Assembly: GCA_947177795.1 (NCBI GenBank)
Contig: CAMWVR010000005.1
Coordinates: 1 to 48,067, forward strand
Reading direction: 5' to 3'
DNA: 48,067 nucleotides
DNA from: an uncultured Clostridia bacterium
Lineage (GTDB): Bacteria > Bacillota > Clostridia > Christensenellales > UBA3700
Positions within the stretch are counted from its first letter, which is position 1. Every line of letters starts with the position of its first letter. This document shows, one piece after another, positions 16,101 to 24,955 of the stretch. The notes under the pieces are model-generated. The model was not told the DNA's origin and made no database searches. It worked only from the letters and a program-made list of their open reading frames with translations. The translations under genes and the position numbers were made by a program.

Positions 16101-19100
16101 TACCGCAGACAATCACGCCGAAAATTCCGGACATTTCACTGCGCAAATTACCAAAGCTCATGTCACAGTTGACGTAAAGAATAAGGTCAGCGCGACGTAC
16201 GGCGACGAATTGCCTTCTTCTGACTGGCTTATCGAAAATCTCGGTATCACCTTTACTTGGTCTAGCGGAACAAAAGAATTTGACTTCTCAAATGAAATTG
16301 AATTTGTGCTGCATGGTGTCACTGACCGTAGAGCAAACGTTGGTGATTACAGTGTGACTTACTCATTCACAGACGAATCATATCGCGAAAATTATATTAT
16401 TGATTACGTGAGAGAATCTGTCAACGTATACGTCTATTCCATCACGCCCAAGCAATTATATATAGATTGGAAGCAAACAGGCGAGAATTGGTCTGAAGAC
16501 GGATTTAAGTATACTTACGACGGCTCTGCGCCTGTCGTAAGACCCGTTGCGCCTGACAAATTGGAGAGCGGAGCAGAAAACGTCGTCGTCATTGACGATA
16601 GCAATCGCGATACGATTTCGTTGTCTCCTATTACGCTCACGGGTTCAGTTAAGGGCACTTATACAGCCACTACGTCTTTGACGAATCCGCAGAATGCGGC
16701 AAATTACACGCTTGTAAATCCAAGCGCTGAATTTGAGGTAGTTGCTAGAAGAGTAGAGATCTACGTTCAAAATCAGACTGCCGCTTACGGCAACGCTTAT
16801 ACCGTACCGTTGGGCAGGCCGTTGGTTTCGCCTACCGCAGCCAATGCAATGTGGCAATACGTCAGCGACGACGATAGCGCTCACTTTATCGGCGACCACT
16901 ATTCGAGTTTCCGCCTTACTTCTGACGCTAGACGCGAAGAGGGCGAGCCGCTCGTGGACGCAGGTAAGCACGCAATTAAGGTAGAGCCTATCGCAGACGC
17001 TACAGGCGCTATTACCGACAATTACGACGTAGTCATCGTGACTGAAGGCGCTCCCGAAAATATGCAAGCAATATTTGAGATTACTCCCGTAGATATTCAC
17101 TATATGGGCAGACAGTTCAATATCGATTCTGATAATAAAGACGAACAGCAATACGTCACGACTGCCCAGATCAAAGAGAGAATATCCACAAGTTACGGCA
17201 CTCCGCTTGACGAATTTGCCGTACGCATGAGCGACCTTTACGGCAAAGACGAAGTCGTTGAGTTTAAAGACGTCACAAACTTCGTTGAGCAAACCGGTGT
17301 TCCGAGCTCTGTCGGAAGATACTACGTATGGGTAGAGATCTCGCATCAAAATGCTAATGGTAACAGCAATTATAAGACGACTACTATAAAGGTGGAAGTC
17401 AATATCTTGACAGATTGGATATCTATCGTTATCAGCGAGGGTATCAAAAATGCCGAATACGGCGAGCCTACCCATTCTTCGTCAGGATTGGTCAACGGTT
17501 TGACATTCTCGAAAATCGAAGGTATACCTACGGGATCGGGTAATGACGGAGATTATATGGGCTTTGATGATGCTCTTGCCGCTTTGAAACAATTTGTTGC
17601 CGACGGCAACGTCATATTCTTCGTAGGCGTGGGCAACACCGCCGACAAGATGGACGTCAACCTTTCTTACGGCGACTATTCGATATACGTAGAGGCAAAA
17701 GAGGGCTTTGAATATCAAAACATCCGTTTCTTGCCTAAGAACGAAGGCGACGTTCATACCTCCAATATCAACGCCTATACCATAGGCAAGAGATATATTG
17801 ATATTGATTGGGGAGAAATGGACGAAGTATACGGCGAACACACGGATACTTCAAATAGCCATATTTATACGCTTAAAAATCTTCACGGAGACGACCAAGT
17901 TGAAGTGACGATCGGTTATTATATGTTGAAGGGAGATGATTCTTGGCAAAAAGTCAACGGACACGTAAAAGACGTCGGCACTTATAAGGCTGTCGTCGAG
18001 GGCGTATCTCACAACGATTACCAACTCCCTGAAAAGACGCTCGAAATAGTCTTTGAGGTTACTCCAAGATCTATCACTCTCGATTTGTCAGGTCGTACGC
18101 TCGAATACGGACTGTCGGAAAATGCTACTCGTGACGGAATCAACGACTTCCTCAATAGAGCAATTGAAGGTCAGACTTTCTACAGCATTGCTTCAAGCAG
18201 CGCTTATAATAGTTTTGCTTATGGCGAGGCGGGATCGAATATCTTCAGATTTAAGATCGGAGATTATACTTTGGCCGACGGACTTATATATCTCTCGGCA
18301 GATACTTATGATATTTTGGTAGAAAGTATCAATGACAACTACGATATCAGTTATACAAAAGCAGGCGTATTGACTGTCACGAAGTCTACCGCCGTGTCAT
18401 ACGGTCAACAGCAAATTGATTCCGCAATCTACAACGGCGGAGATATCAAAGTTGCTCCTAAGAACGTATTGAACAACATTTCGTTGGCGGGCGACGGTGC
18501 TAAACTCAATAGCGGAGTCGTAGTAGAGTACAAGTTGCATGACGACGACGATAGCAAATACAGCGCAGATTACGCAATACAATCTGCGTTAAGAGGAACC
18601 TACTCTGTCGACATCAAGGTAGACGCTCCAAACCACGAAATAGCGGTATTTACGGTAAGTTTTATCGTCGAGAGAGCGCACGTAGTTATCAATATGAAGT
18701 CTACTACCAAGACTTACGGCGACACCGAGGCTGAGTTGTTTGCTCAAGACGGTGAAGTAGATAATTTCAGCGATTGGCTTAAGAAACATTGTCAGATAGA
18801 AATCAAGGCTTATGACGCAAACGGCAACGAAATAACCGTGGCAGGTCTTGAGGACGACTTTGTATTCAAAGTAATTCAAAAGGGACAAGGCAACGGCGAC
18901 GCGCTTGCTGTAGGTAAGAATCCTATCGGTACTTATAGAGTATATCACTGCGACAACGATAGGCTTGAGGATACTAAGTATATTATTGATTACTATCAAG
19001 CGCCGGGAGCAGAGGCAAAGTGTAACGCCGAGGCTTATGAAATTATAAAGAGAGAAGCAGTGGTTGAATGGGAATTCAATGGCGCAATTGATAGTGACGC

Positions 19101-21468
19101 TCACAAGTTTGAGTACTCCAACAGCGCTCCTGACATCAAGGCGTATATCAAACTTGCCGGCGAGACATCTAAGACGAGCGTTACGACGACGAGCCTTGCA
19201 AGAGGAAGTTACTCCGACAAGGAAAGAGCAATTGCTATCAACGTAGGCTTGTATACGGAAAAAGTTGAGGTAGAACCGTCGTTTGCGCTTTATGCAGAGT
19301 TGGGCAACTATTACTTCACCAACGATACGTTCGACTTTGAAATCGTTGCGAAGAAGGCAACCGTAACAATCAAAAATCAATCTTTCACTTACGGCGCAAA
19401 TGAAACGAAAGTCGGAGAGTGGAAAAACCACGTGGAATATCAAAGCGACGTAGAATTTGTCGGTCAGCCTATTGTATTGACTGTCGTTGCTACGACTGAC
19501 AAAACGTATTACAGCGTGGGCGAATATCATATCGTCGGCACAAATACGTCTTCTAACTATGAAGTGACGTTCAAAGGCGAGGGAAGCAACGAAGAATTTG
19601 CAATCTTTGAAGTAACCGCCGCTAAAATTGATATCAACTTGGCTCATCATTCGGTAGATTACAATGGCAAAGCATACAGCGTCAACGTAAAGGAAATTTT
19701 GGCGAGCGAAAATGCTTACACAGTCGTAGGCGATTGGAATGATGCAAAAATTACTTATAAGCAAGCAGACGGAACCTATTCCGACGTCATACCTACAGTT
19801 GACGGCGTGACAGGTAACGCAGGCGTCGATATTGATTATAGGATTGAACTTGCCAACCACATTACCCAAGACGGCACGATGACCGTTGAGGTTCGTCCGG
19901 CAAGCGTTGTTATCAATATTTCAAAGGGCGCAACGAGCGTATACGGAGACGACTTGCTCTCTTCGGATAAGTTGTTTGAGATGTCGAAGGCCGTTTTGGA
20001 TAGTGATGAGTCTTCAATCGAAGTAGATATCAAGACGATACTCACGCTTAAGGTTGACGCAAGCGGTAAGGTTAACGTAGGAACTTACAATATTGAGGCT
20101 CAATTGTTGCCACAGTACGGCGCTTTGTATACGGTAAGACTCGTAGGCGCAGTTGACGCTTACACAGTCACCGCAAGAGAATTGACCGTGACCTGGAATT
20201 ATACCGATGCGTTTGAGTACGACGGTAATATCCATACGGTTACGGCTAAGGTCGAAGGCGCGCTTGCAGGCGATAGCGTTGAAATCGGCAATTATCAAGA
20301 CAACAGCGGTACCAATGCAAAGCAATATAAAGCAATTGCTGCAGGTTTGACCAACTCCAACTACACGCTTGGCAGCGCGGCAACTCTCGATTGGGAGATC
20401 GCTCCAAAAGCTATCGAGATCGAGTGGACAGCAGGTGATTTCACTTACAACAAAGGGGAGCATTTCCTTGATAAACCGAAGATCAAAGATGGTCAACTCA
20501 TTGGCAACGACGGTTGCGAGATCATCGTAGAGTATGACGACAACGTCAACGCAGGCGATCATATCGCTACGGCTAAGACTTCCAACAGTAACTACGTAGT
20601 GGAGAATAATGCGTATGGTTATAATATCAAGCCGGCAGTTATCAACATAAATTGGAATACGGACGGTTTGACCTACAATGGCAAGAATCAAGCGCCTACC
20701 GCCGTTATCGCAGGAAACCTCTTCGAAGGCGACGAGTGCAACGTAATCGTATCTGACGGCGAGACTAACGCAGGTACTTATACGGCTACGGCTACGCTCA
20801 GCAACTCCAACTATATTATCGCTGACGGCGATAATGAGACGTCGTATGAGATTAAGGCTTTGGCTATTACCTTTACGTGGGACAAGACGAGCCTTACGTA
20901 TACGGGCGAGCAACAACTCCCGACCGCAGTCGCTGTCGGCGCAGTCGAAGGCGATGAGATTGAGTTTGAGATCTCCGTCAGCGAGAACGACGGTATCAAC
21001 GTCGGCGATTATACGGCTACCGTAACGGGAGTGAAGAATTCCAACTACGTTGTGGACGAAGTAAAGCAAGCCAATATGTCGACAAGCTACTCCATTACCA
21101 AGGGCGTAAATGAATTTATTTCTCTTACCGCTCCCGATAAGACGGTAGACAAATTGCCTTGGAGCGGCAGCGATAAGCCGCAAGCTAAGTGGGGCGACGT
21201 CGTGGTCAAGTATTATTCCGACGCTGCTTGCACGCAAGAAGTGACGGATATCAACAGCGCAGGCGAGGGCACCTATTGGATAGTCGTTTCTGTCGCAGGT
21301 ACGGGCAACTATGACGCAATCAGCGAGACCTTTGAGGTTGTCGTCGAGGGCGGTCTCAATATCGTCATCGTCATCATCGGCGCAATCGCTTCTCTTGCAT
21401 TGCTCGTCGGCGCATTCGTAGTAGTAAAATCAACTAATAAGAAAAAACAACAAGGAGGCGCTATATGA
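13174..21468 (+). CDS. Giant (2764 aa) membrane-anchored surface protein/adhesin with MBG/YDG-like beta-sandwich repeats
   Basis: RBS AGGAGG before ATG 13174; basic N-region plus hydrophobic helix; FIVAR-like segment (YDKSALNTAL..); many YNG/YGD/NAG.Y/SNY repeats; C-terminal TM (IVIVIIGAIASLALLVGAFVVV) plus KKK; no LPxTG seen. Confidence 0.85.
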   Translation: MNLSKKRKLTAIITLSVMLVAVVATACILTVPNLYKGEDVVSTNTANTAYGMNQVSYTTSNASAVFADLNSDGNSADLKILFPNNIYLDKSENLRDVGYYFAYDAYVKSKNGENDRLAIMDNAVGYYANGNNCNVSTTSNAYTMHRLFPNYQVSALTDTSKTDVQAKDTNIEAIAPTLNTNKYKIYIEEGEYTQKNHSMKIEWRGNGDPTNATVKNYMIGQPDQSYDYIKNEGRTGTFETQTGVTLAFSIWYGTEWFTKAWRNIKEVTSFGGGSGEFHHLSGFSNTTYVNNIKVNVTIYDKSALNTALTNFNNKVLTEANKSILNKITGSDAAYNAAKTYYDNARTCLTTREVNQKTINDYTNGLNNYVFELDNFSTQTLQDYYNGNAVDISKYWTRYDSRFYDLDVNGATSGTEIKNADNNQPKTYNLKVAPKSSVTLNAGTNQEVTLRFRWKDPKNNEYKSIGSFTVNPAEFQVSGLQKVVQQFKNENYAITLASASTTGVFNDSNFTNFYLPNENKKSIYLVEDQAGKESSAIDWTGASDTVSVDKSVGEHTVYYKITAPNHKDHISNFVVEITKATITLQFDVYNHTYGDTVLASSQIIDNMLTKTKIFNATTWDEDAKNYLNDIFNFTVEIPSGYIDSDGFVIVRDSNYTVNYAMKDGNPYAAYIETVTVADNSNRNAYHVNPRPVTIKWNHKTESEMYYNGSGNKRPEAVIVGTDNFVGNSSTSLSLDIVGQGQHPDGTTVPLVGHEAIYAGKYEVKVTCTNPNYMVDSKCETTQKFDILQRPITVELKDREREYAKETTAPNVWKNYIENLFPANLNNAVYTVSSVASGNALIDAAPIVFEIGLDITDADYTSQDDAEKYYKVNETGYDLTLTCINKNYILTDDSKGAKFYVTPAPIDLDLQTIASKVYNGAEQSLVMPNNNTIVALRGYEATHRDSVKILYSDNQDGDYTETPLTMKNFGSTEVWYKVTADNHAENSGHFTAQITKAHVTVDVKNKVSATYGDELPSSDWLIENLGITFTWSSGTKEFDFSNEIEFVLHGVTDRRANVGDYSVTYSFTDESYRENYIIDYVRESVNVYVYSITPKQLYIDWKQTGENWSEDGFKYTYDGSAPVVRPVAPDKLESGAENVVVIDDSNRDTISLSPITLTGSVKGTYTATTSLTNPQNAANYTLVNPSAEFEVVARRVEIYVQNQTAAYGNAYTVPLGRPLVSPTAANAMWQYVSDDDSAHFIGDHYSSFRLTSDARREEGEPLVDAGKHAIKVEPIADATGAITDNYDVVIVTEGAPENMQAIFEITPVDIHYMGRQFNIDSDNKDEQQYVTTAQIKERISTSYGTPLDEFAVRMSDLYGKDEVVEFKDVTNFVEQTGVPSSVGRYYVWVEISHQNANGNSNYKTTTIKVEVNILTDWISIVISEGIKNAEYGEPTHSSSGLVNGLTFSKIEGIPTGSGNDGDYMGFDDALAALKQFVADGNVIFFVGVGNTADKMDVNLSYGDYSIYVEAKEGFEYQNIRFLPKNEGDVHTSNINAYTIGKRYIDIDWGEMDEVYGEHTDTSNSHIYTLKNLHGDDQVEVTIGYYMLKGDDSWQKVNGHVKDVGTYKAVVEGVSHNDYQLPEKTLEIVFEVTPRSITLDLSGRTLEYGLSENATRDGINDFLNRAIEGQTFYSIASSSAYNSFAYGEAGSNIFRFKIGDYTLADGLIYLSADTYDILVESINDNYDISYTKAGVLTVTKSTAVSYGQQQIDSAIYNGGDIKVAPKNVLNNISLAGDGAKLNSGVVVEYKLHDDDDSKYSADYAIQSALRGTYSVDIKVDAPNHEIAVFTVSFIVERAHVVINMKSTTKTYGDTEAELFAQDGEVDNFSDWLKKHCQIEIKAYDANGNEITVAGLEDDFVFKVIQKGQGNGDALAVGKNPIGTYRVYHCDNDRLEDTKYIIDYYQAPGAEAKCNAEAYEIIKREAVVEWEFNGAIDSDAHKFEYSNSAPDIKAYIKLAGETSKTSVTTTSLARGSYSDKERAIAINVGLYTEKVEVEPSFALYAELGNYYFTNDTFDFEIVAKKATVTIKNQSFTYGANETKVGEWKNHVEYQSDVEFVGQPIVLTVVATTDKTYYSVGEYHIVGTNTSSNYEVTFKGEGSNEEFAIFEVTAAKIDINLAHHSVDYNGKAYSVNVKEILASENAYTVVGDWNDAKITYKQADGTYSDVIPTVDGVTGNAGVDIDYRIELANHITQDGTMTVEVRPASVVINISKGATSVYGDDLLSSDKLFEMSKAVLDSDESSIEVDIKTILTLKVDASGKVNVGTYNIEAQLLPQYGALYTVRLVGAVDAYTVTARELTVTWNYTDAFEYDGNIHTVTAKVEGALAGDSVEIGNYQDNSGTNAKQYKAIAAGLTNSNYTLGSAATLDWEIAPKAIEIEWTAGDFTYNKGEHFLDKPKIKDGQLIGNDGCEIIVEYDDNVNAGDHIATAKTSNSNYVVENNAYGYNIKPAVININWNTDGLTYNGKNQAPTAVIAGNLFEGDECNVIVSDGETNAGTYTATATLSNSNYIIADGDNETSYEIKALAITFTWDKTSLTYTGEQQLPTAVAVGAVEGDEIEFEISVSENDGINVGDYTATVTGVKNSNYVVDEVKQANMSTSYSITKGVNEFISLTAPDKTVDKLPWSGSDKPQAKWGDVVVKYYSDAACTQEVTDINSAGEGTYWIVVSVAGTGNYDAISETFEVVVEGGLNIVIVIIGAIASLALLVGAFVVVKSTNKKKQQGGAI

Positions 21469-23510
21469 TAAATTTGTTAGGCGCACTTACCCTTACGGCA
21501 AAACTCGGCATCTGCATTGCAGTCTTTGCAGTGCTGATCGTCGCAGAAATACTTGCATTGGTAATGCTTGTAAAGTGGAAAAAGAATTATAAGAAAGCTG
21601 TCGTCGACGATAAGACGGGCGACACGCAGAATGCGGTTGAGGAGACTTCTCAAAGCGAAGTCTTGGCAGAAGTGTCCGAAGAGTCTCAAGAGAGCGTAGT
21701 CGAGGAGACTGCGTCGACTCAAGAACAAGATACTCCCGCTCAAGACGAGAGCGAGCAAATAGCAGAGGAAAACCAAGCCGTCGCAGAAAAGAGACAAGAG
21801 TCTGCCGAAGCTCAAGAAGAAGTTGAGCAAAGCCAAGAGTCCGCTCAGCCAAGCGACAACAAGTGGTCGGCATTTGCGTTTGCTCCTATCATGCTGTTGT
21901 CTGCTTCCGCGCAGGTAACTTCTCTCAGATATCTTTTGTACGCTTTGATAGGCGTGTCGGTGGTGCTTGCCGCCGCTGTGCTTGCCACGGCAGTTATCTT
22001 CTCCAAGTCTTTGACCAAGGCTCCCAAAGAAGAGCCTGCTCAACAACCTGCTCAAGAGCCCGTTGAGGAAACGGCGCAAGAAGAGCCGCAACCTGTCGAA
22101 GATATCGTCGAGGAAGAAGAGCCTGTCGAAGAAGTTGCAGAACCCGTAGAAGAACAAATCGCAGACGAAGAGCTCACCGCAGAAGAGGTCGAAGAAGAGC
22201 CGATTGTCGATGAAGAGCCTGTCGTAGACGAAGAACCCGTCATTGAAGAAGAGGCTATCGATGAAACGGAGCCTATAGTCGAGGAAGAGCCTATCGTTGA
22301 AGAACAACCTGTCGTTGAGGAAGAGCCCGTCAAAGAAGAGCCTAAGCCGCGCGTCAAGAGAGCGCCCGCTCCGAGAGAGCAGACTATGGTGGTCGACGAC
22401 GTTCAGTACATCATCAAGGACGACAGATTCTTATTCAATCCTCAAGATGACGGCTGGTATATTTTGCTCGAGAAGACCTTTACGGCAAAACTTATTCAGT
22501 CTGACGAATACGTCAAGGATTACTATACCGAGATCAAGAATGAATTGCTCTCTTATAAGAAAGTTCACGCAAGAATGAGCAGAAAGCGCGAGAGCTTCAA
22601 CTTCGGCAGAGAATGTCTGGCGCGTATGACGATAAGAGGCAAGACTTTGAGATTGCACCTTGCTCTCGACGCAAAGGATTACGAGGAGACTAAGTACAAG
22701 GTAGAAGATACGTCACAAATCAAGTCATTGGCAGATACTCCGCTTATGTACAGAATCAAGAATGACCGTCGACTGAAGTATACCAAGGATCTTATTGCGG
22801 CAGTTATGGCAAAATACGGAGTGGAGAAACAGGATATCGAGCCTGTGGACTATACTTCTATGTATCCTTACGAGGAGACGCCGCCGCTTATCGAGAGAAG
22901 ACTTATCATTCAAAGACGAGTCAAAGGCAAAGTGCCCGAGGGCAACGGATTTGACTTTGCTCAAAAGACCTTTAAGGCAAAGCTTATCCAATCCGACGAC
23001 GTCGTCAAAGAGTATTATTCTCATTTGAAGAATGAGTTGCTTGCTCACAGAAAGATTCACGACAGAATGAGCAAGAAGCGCGAGAGCTTCCGCTTCGGCA
23101 GAGAATGCGTAGCCCGTATGTCTATAAGAGGTAAGACGCTCAAGCTTTATCTTGCGCTCAATCCTCAAGATTACGTGGATACGAAGTATAAGTTCGAGGA
23201 CGTATCGGACGTCAAATCTTACGCAGATACGCCGTTTATGATGAAGATCAAGAATCCTCGCCGTTTGAAGTACGCAATGGAACTTATCGACGTCGTTATG
23301 GACAACGTAGGCGCAACGCTAAAGCGCGATTTGCACGAGACTGACTACGCTGCGGATTTGCCGTTTGAAAGCACTGAAGAGTTGATGGAGAAAGGGCTCG
23401 TCGTCAACGTGCACGTCAAGGGCAACTCTTTCGTGGCTCAACACTTCTCATTCAAAGCAAAAGACGAAGATGCAGAAGACGAGGTTGCATCTGACGAAGA
23501 CAATGACTAA
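21465..23510 (+). CDS. Membrane protein with acidic Glu/Pro linkers and two tandem copies of an uncharacterised basic ~150-aa domain
   Basis: ATGA overlap with the upstream gene; RBS AGGAGG; hydrophobic helices near aa 6-36 and 134-180; EEPIV repeats; KTF.AKLIQSD..VK.YY..KNELL starts at aa 337 and aa 501. Confidence 0.85.
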   Translation: MINLLGALTLTAKLGICIAVFAVLIVAEILALVMLVKWKKNYKKAVVDDKTGDTQNAVEETSQSEVLAEVSEESQESVVEETASTQEQDTPAQDESEQIAEENQAVAEKRQESAEAQEEVEQSQESAQPSDNKWSAFAFAPIMLLSASAQVTSLRYLLYALIGVSVVLAAAVLATAVIFSKSLTKAPKEEPAQQPAQEPVEETAQEEPQPVEDIVEEEEPVEEVAEPVEEQIADEELTAEEVEEEPIVDEEPVVDEEPVIEEEAIDETEPIVEEEPIVEEQPVVEEEPVKEEPKPRVKRAPAPREQTMVVDDVQYIIKDDRFLFNPQDDGWYILLEKTFTAKLIQSDEYVKDYYTEIKNELLSYKKVHARMSRKRESFNFGRECLARMTIRGKTLRLHLALDAKDYEETKYKVEDTSQIKSLADTPLMYRIKNDRRLKYTKDLIAAVMAKYGVEKQDIEPVDYTSMYPYEETPPLIERRLIIQRRVKGKVPEGNGFDFAQKTFKAKLIQSDDVVKEYYSHLKNELLAHRKIHDRMSKKRESFRFGRECVARMSIRGKTLKLYLALNPQDYVDTKYKFEDVSDVKSYADTPFMMKIKNPRRLKYAMELIDVVMDNVGATLKRDLHETDYAADLPFESTEELMEKGLVVNVHVKGNSFVAQHFSFKAKDEDAEDEVASDEDND

Positions 23511-23529
23511 AATTTCGCAATCGCAATAT

Positions 23530-23558
23530 AAAGACGGAGATTTATCTCCGTCTTTTTT
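23530..23558 (+). terminator. Rho-independent terminator
   Basis: AAAGACGGAGAT-tt-ATCTCCGTCTTT followed by more T. Confidence 0.85.
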
Positions 23559-23665
23559 CTATATATAGTCGAAGGGGCATGTTCGACAAAAATAGTTTTG
23601 ATTCTACCTTATTCGATAATTCATTGATTCTTCCATGCTTTATAATGGCAGGGAAGGAGATTTTT

Positions 23666-24454
23666 ATGGCAAGAAAAATAGTCGTCACGTCGGGAAAAGG
23701 CGGAGTTGGCAAGACGAGCGTGCTTGCAAGTCTCGGCATATGCCTCGCCTCGCGCGGTAAAAGCGTGCTTATGATCGACGGCGACGTCGGGCTCAACAAC
23801 TTGGACGTCGTTATGGGTATGGAAAACCGAGTGGTCTACGATATGGCTGACGTGATCGACAACAAGTGTCACATCAATCAGGCGCTTTTGCAGGAAGAGG
23901 GACTTGGACTTTACTTGTTGCCGTCGGCGCACGCGTATAGCAGTGAGAAACTCACAAGCGCAGCTTTTGGAGAGTTGATTTCGCGTATTGAGAGTATGTT
24001 TGATTTTATTTTGATTGACTGTCCTGCCGGCATTGACGGAGGCTTTCACAGGGCTGTGAGCTGTTCCGACGAGGCGATTGCCGTCACGACTCCGCATATT
24101 CCCGCAATTAGGGATTGCGACAAGGTGCTGGGGTTGCTTCGCAGTTACAAGCTCAATTCGATAAATCTAATTGTCAATAGAGTCCGAGGCGATTTCGTTG
24201 TGTCGGGCAAAATGATGGGCGGCGGCGAAATATCAAAACTTCTTCGTTGTCCTCTCATGGGCGTAGTGCCGGAAGACGATACTATCACGGTGTATTCGCA
24301 GCTCGGCAGAATAGGCATGAATACCTCGTCGTCGCGCGATGCGATAGATATGATTGCATGCAATATTCTCAACAACACTTTTAAATTATACGACGTCACT
24401 AAAGGACATAGGGGCATTATAGGCAAACTAAAAAGATTGGTATCGGGCAGGTAG
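23666..24454 (+). CDS. minD: Septum site-determining ATPase MinD
   Basis: VTSGKGGVGKT, DGDVGLNNLDVVMGMENRVVYD, IDCPAGI, C-terminal amphipathic GIIGKLKRL; RBS AAGGAG before 23666. Confidence 0.95.
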   Translation: MARKIVVTSGKGGVGKTSVLASLGICLASRGKSVLMIDGDVGLNNLDVVMGMENRVVYDMADVIDNKCHINQALLQEEGLGLYLLPSAHAYSSEKLTSAAFGELISRIESMFDFILIDCPAGIDGGFHRAVSCSDEAIAVTTPHIPAIRDCDKVLGLLRSYKLNSINLIVNRVRGDFVVSGKMMGGGEISKLLRCPLMGVVPEDDTITVYSQLGRIGMNTSSSRDAIDMIACNILNNTFKLYDVTKGHRGIIGKLKRLVSGR

Positions 24455-24458
24455 ACGT

Positions 24459-24692
24459 ATGAATGAAAGCAAGATGATGGAAAGACGCCTTAAAAAGGTG
24501 CTTATGCAAGACAAGATCAACGCATATGAGGGGTTGAACAGAGCTTTGGAGGGTGATTTGAGAATTTTGCTTGGGTGTTATATGAACCTTTGCGGAGACG
24601 TCAGCATCAATATTGACGTACTCGACGGCGGAGAATACCAGATCAATATATCCGCCAAAGCCGACAATATCAACGCTCCCAATATTATCTGA
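24459..24692 (+). CDS. minE: MinE-like topological specificity factor (divergent)
   Basis: Directly after minD; RRLKKVLMQDK resembles the MinE anti-MinCD segment; 77 aa. Confidence 0.6.
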   Translation: MNESKMMERRLKKVLMQDKINAYEGLNRALEGDLRILLGCYMNLCGDVSINIDVLDGGEYQINISAKADNINAPNII

Positions 24693-24709
24693 TAATTTTT
24701 AAAATTTAA

Positions 24710-24739
24710 GTCATATATTCGTATCTAAGCAAATAAACT
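24710..24739 (+). promoter_or_regulatory. Possible mother-cell sigma-E promoter of the spoIVF unit
   Basis: gtcATA-16 bp-aATAaacT resembles the sigma-E consensus; spoIVF is sigma-E dependent in Bacillus. Confidence 0.45.
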
Positions 24740-24766
24740 ATACTATCTTAGGTATAGGAGTTTGTT

Positions 24767-24952
24767 ATGAAATACGACGATTGCAAAATTACGGAAAGCG
24801 TAAGTTTCCCCAACCAAAATATCACGCGCGCCAAGGCTACGCCCAAAAAGAAAAAAGTCAACGCTTTGGACGTGTTTATCGTTCAGGCGCTTATCTGCGT
24901 CGGCATAAGCTGCGGAGTGTTGATTTCGCGCATAATCGAAATGGGTTTTTAA
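24767..24952 (+). CDS. 61-aa single-pass membrane protein at the spoIVFA position
   Basis: RBS AGGAG; basic patch (KKKK) then a hydrophobic helix; stop 3 nt before the spoIVFB GTG. Confidence 0.65.
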   Translation: MKYDDCKITESVSFPNQNITRAKATPKKKKVNALDVFIVQALICVGISCGVLISRIIEMGF

Positions 24953-24955
24953 AGC

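Noticed and set aside
21300-21468. Sortase LPxTG anchor
   Set aside because: No LPxTG-like motif precedes the C-terminal TM helix.
15496-22357. Long antisense ORFs (221-426 aa) under the surface-protein genes
   Set aside because: Shadow frames of long biased-codon genes, with no domain signatures.
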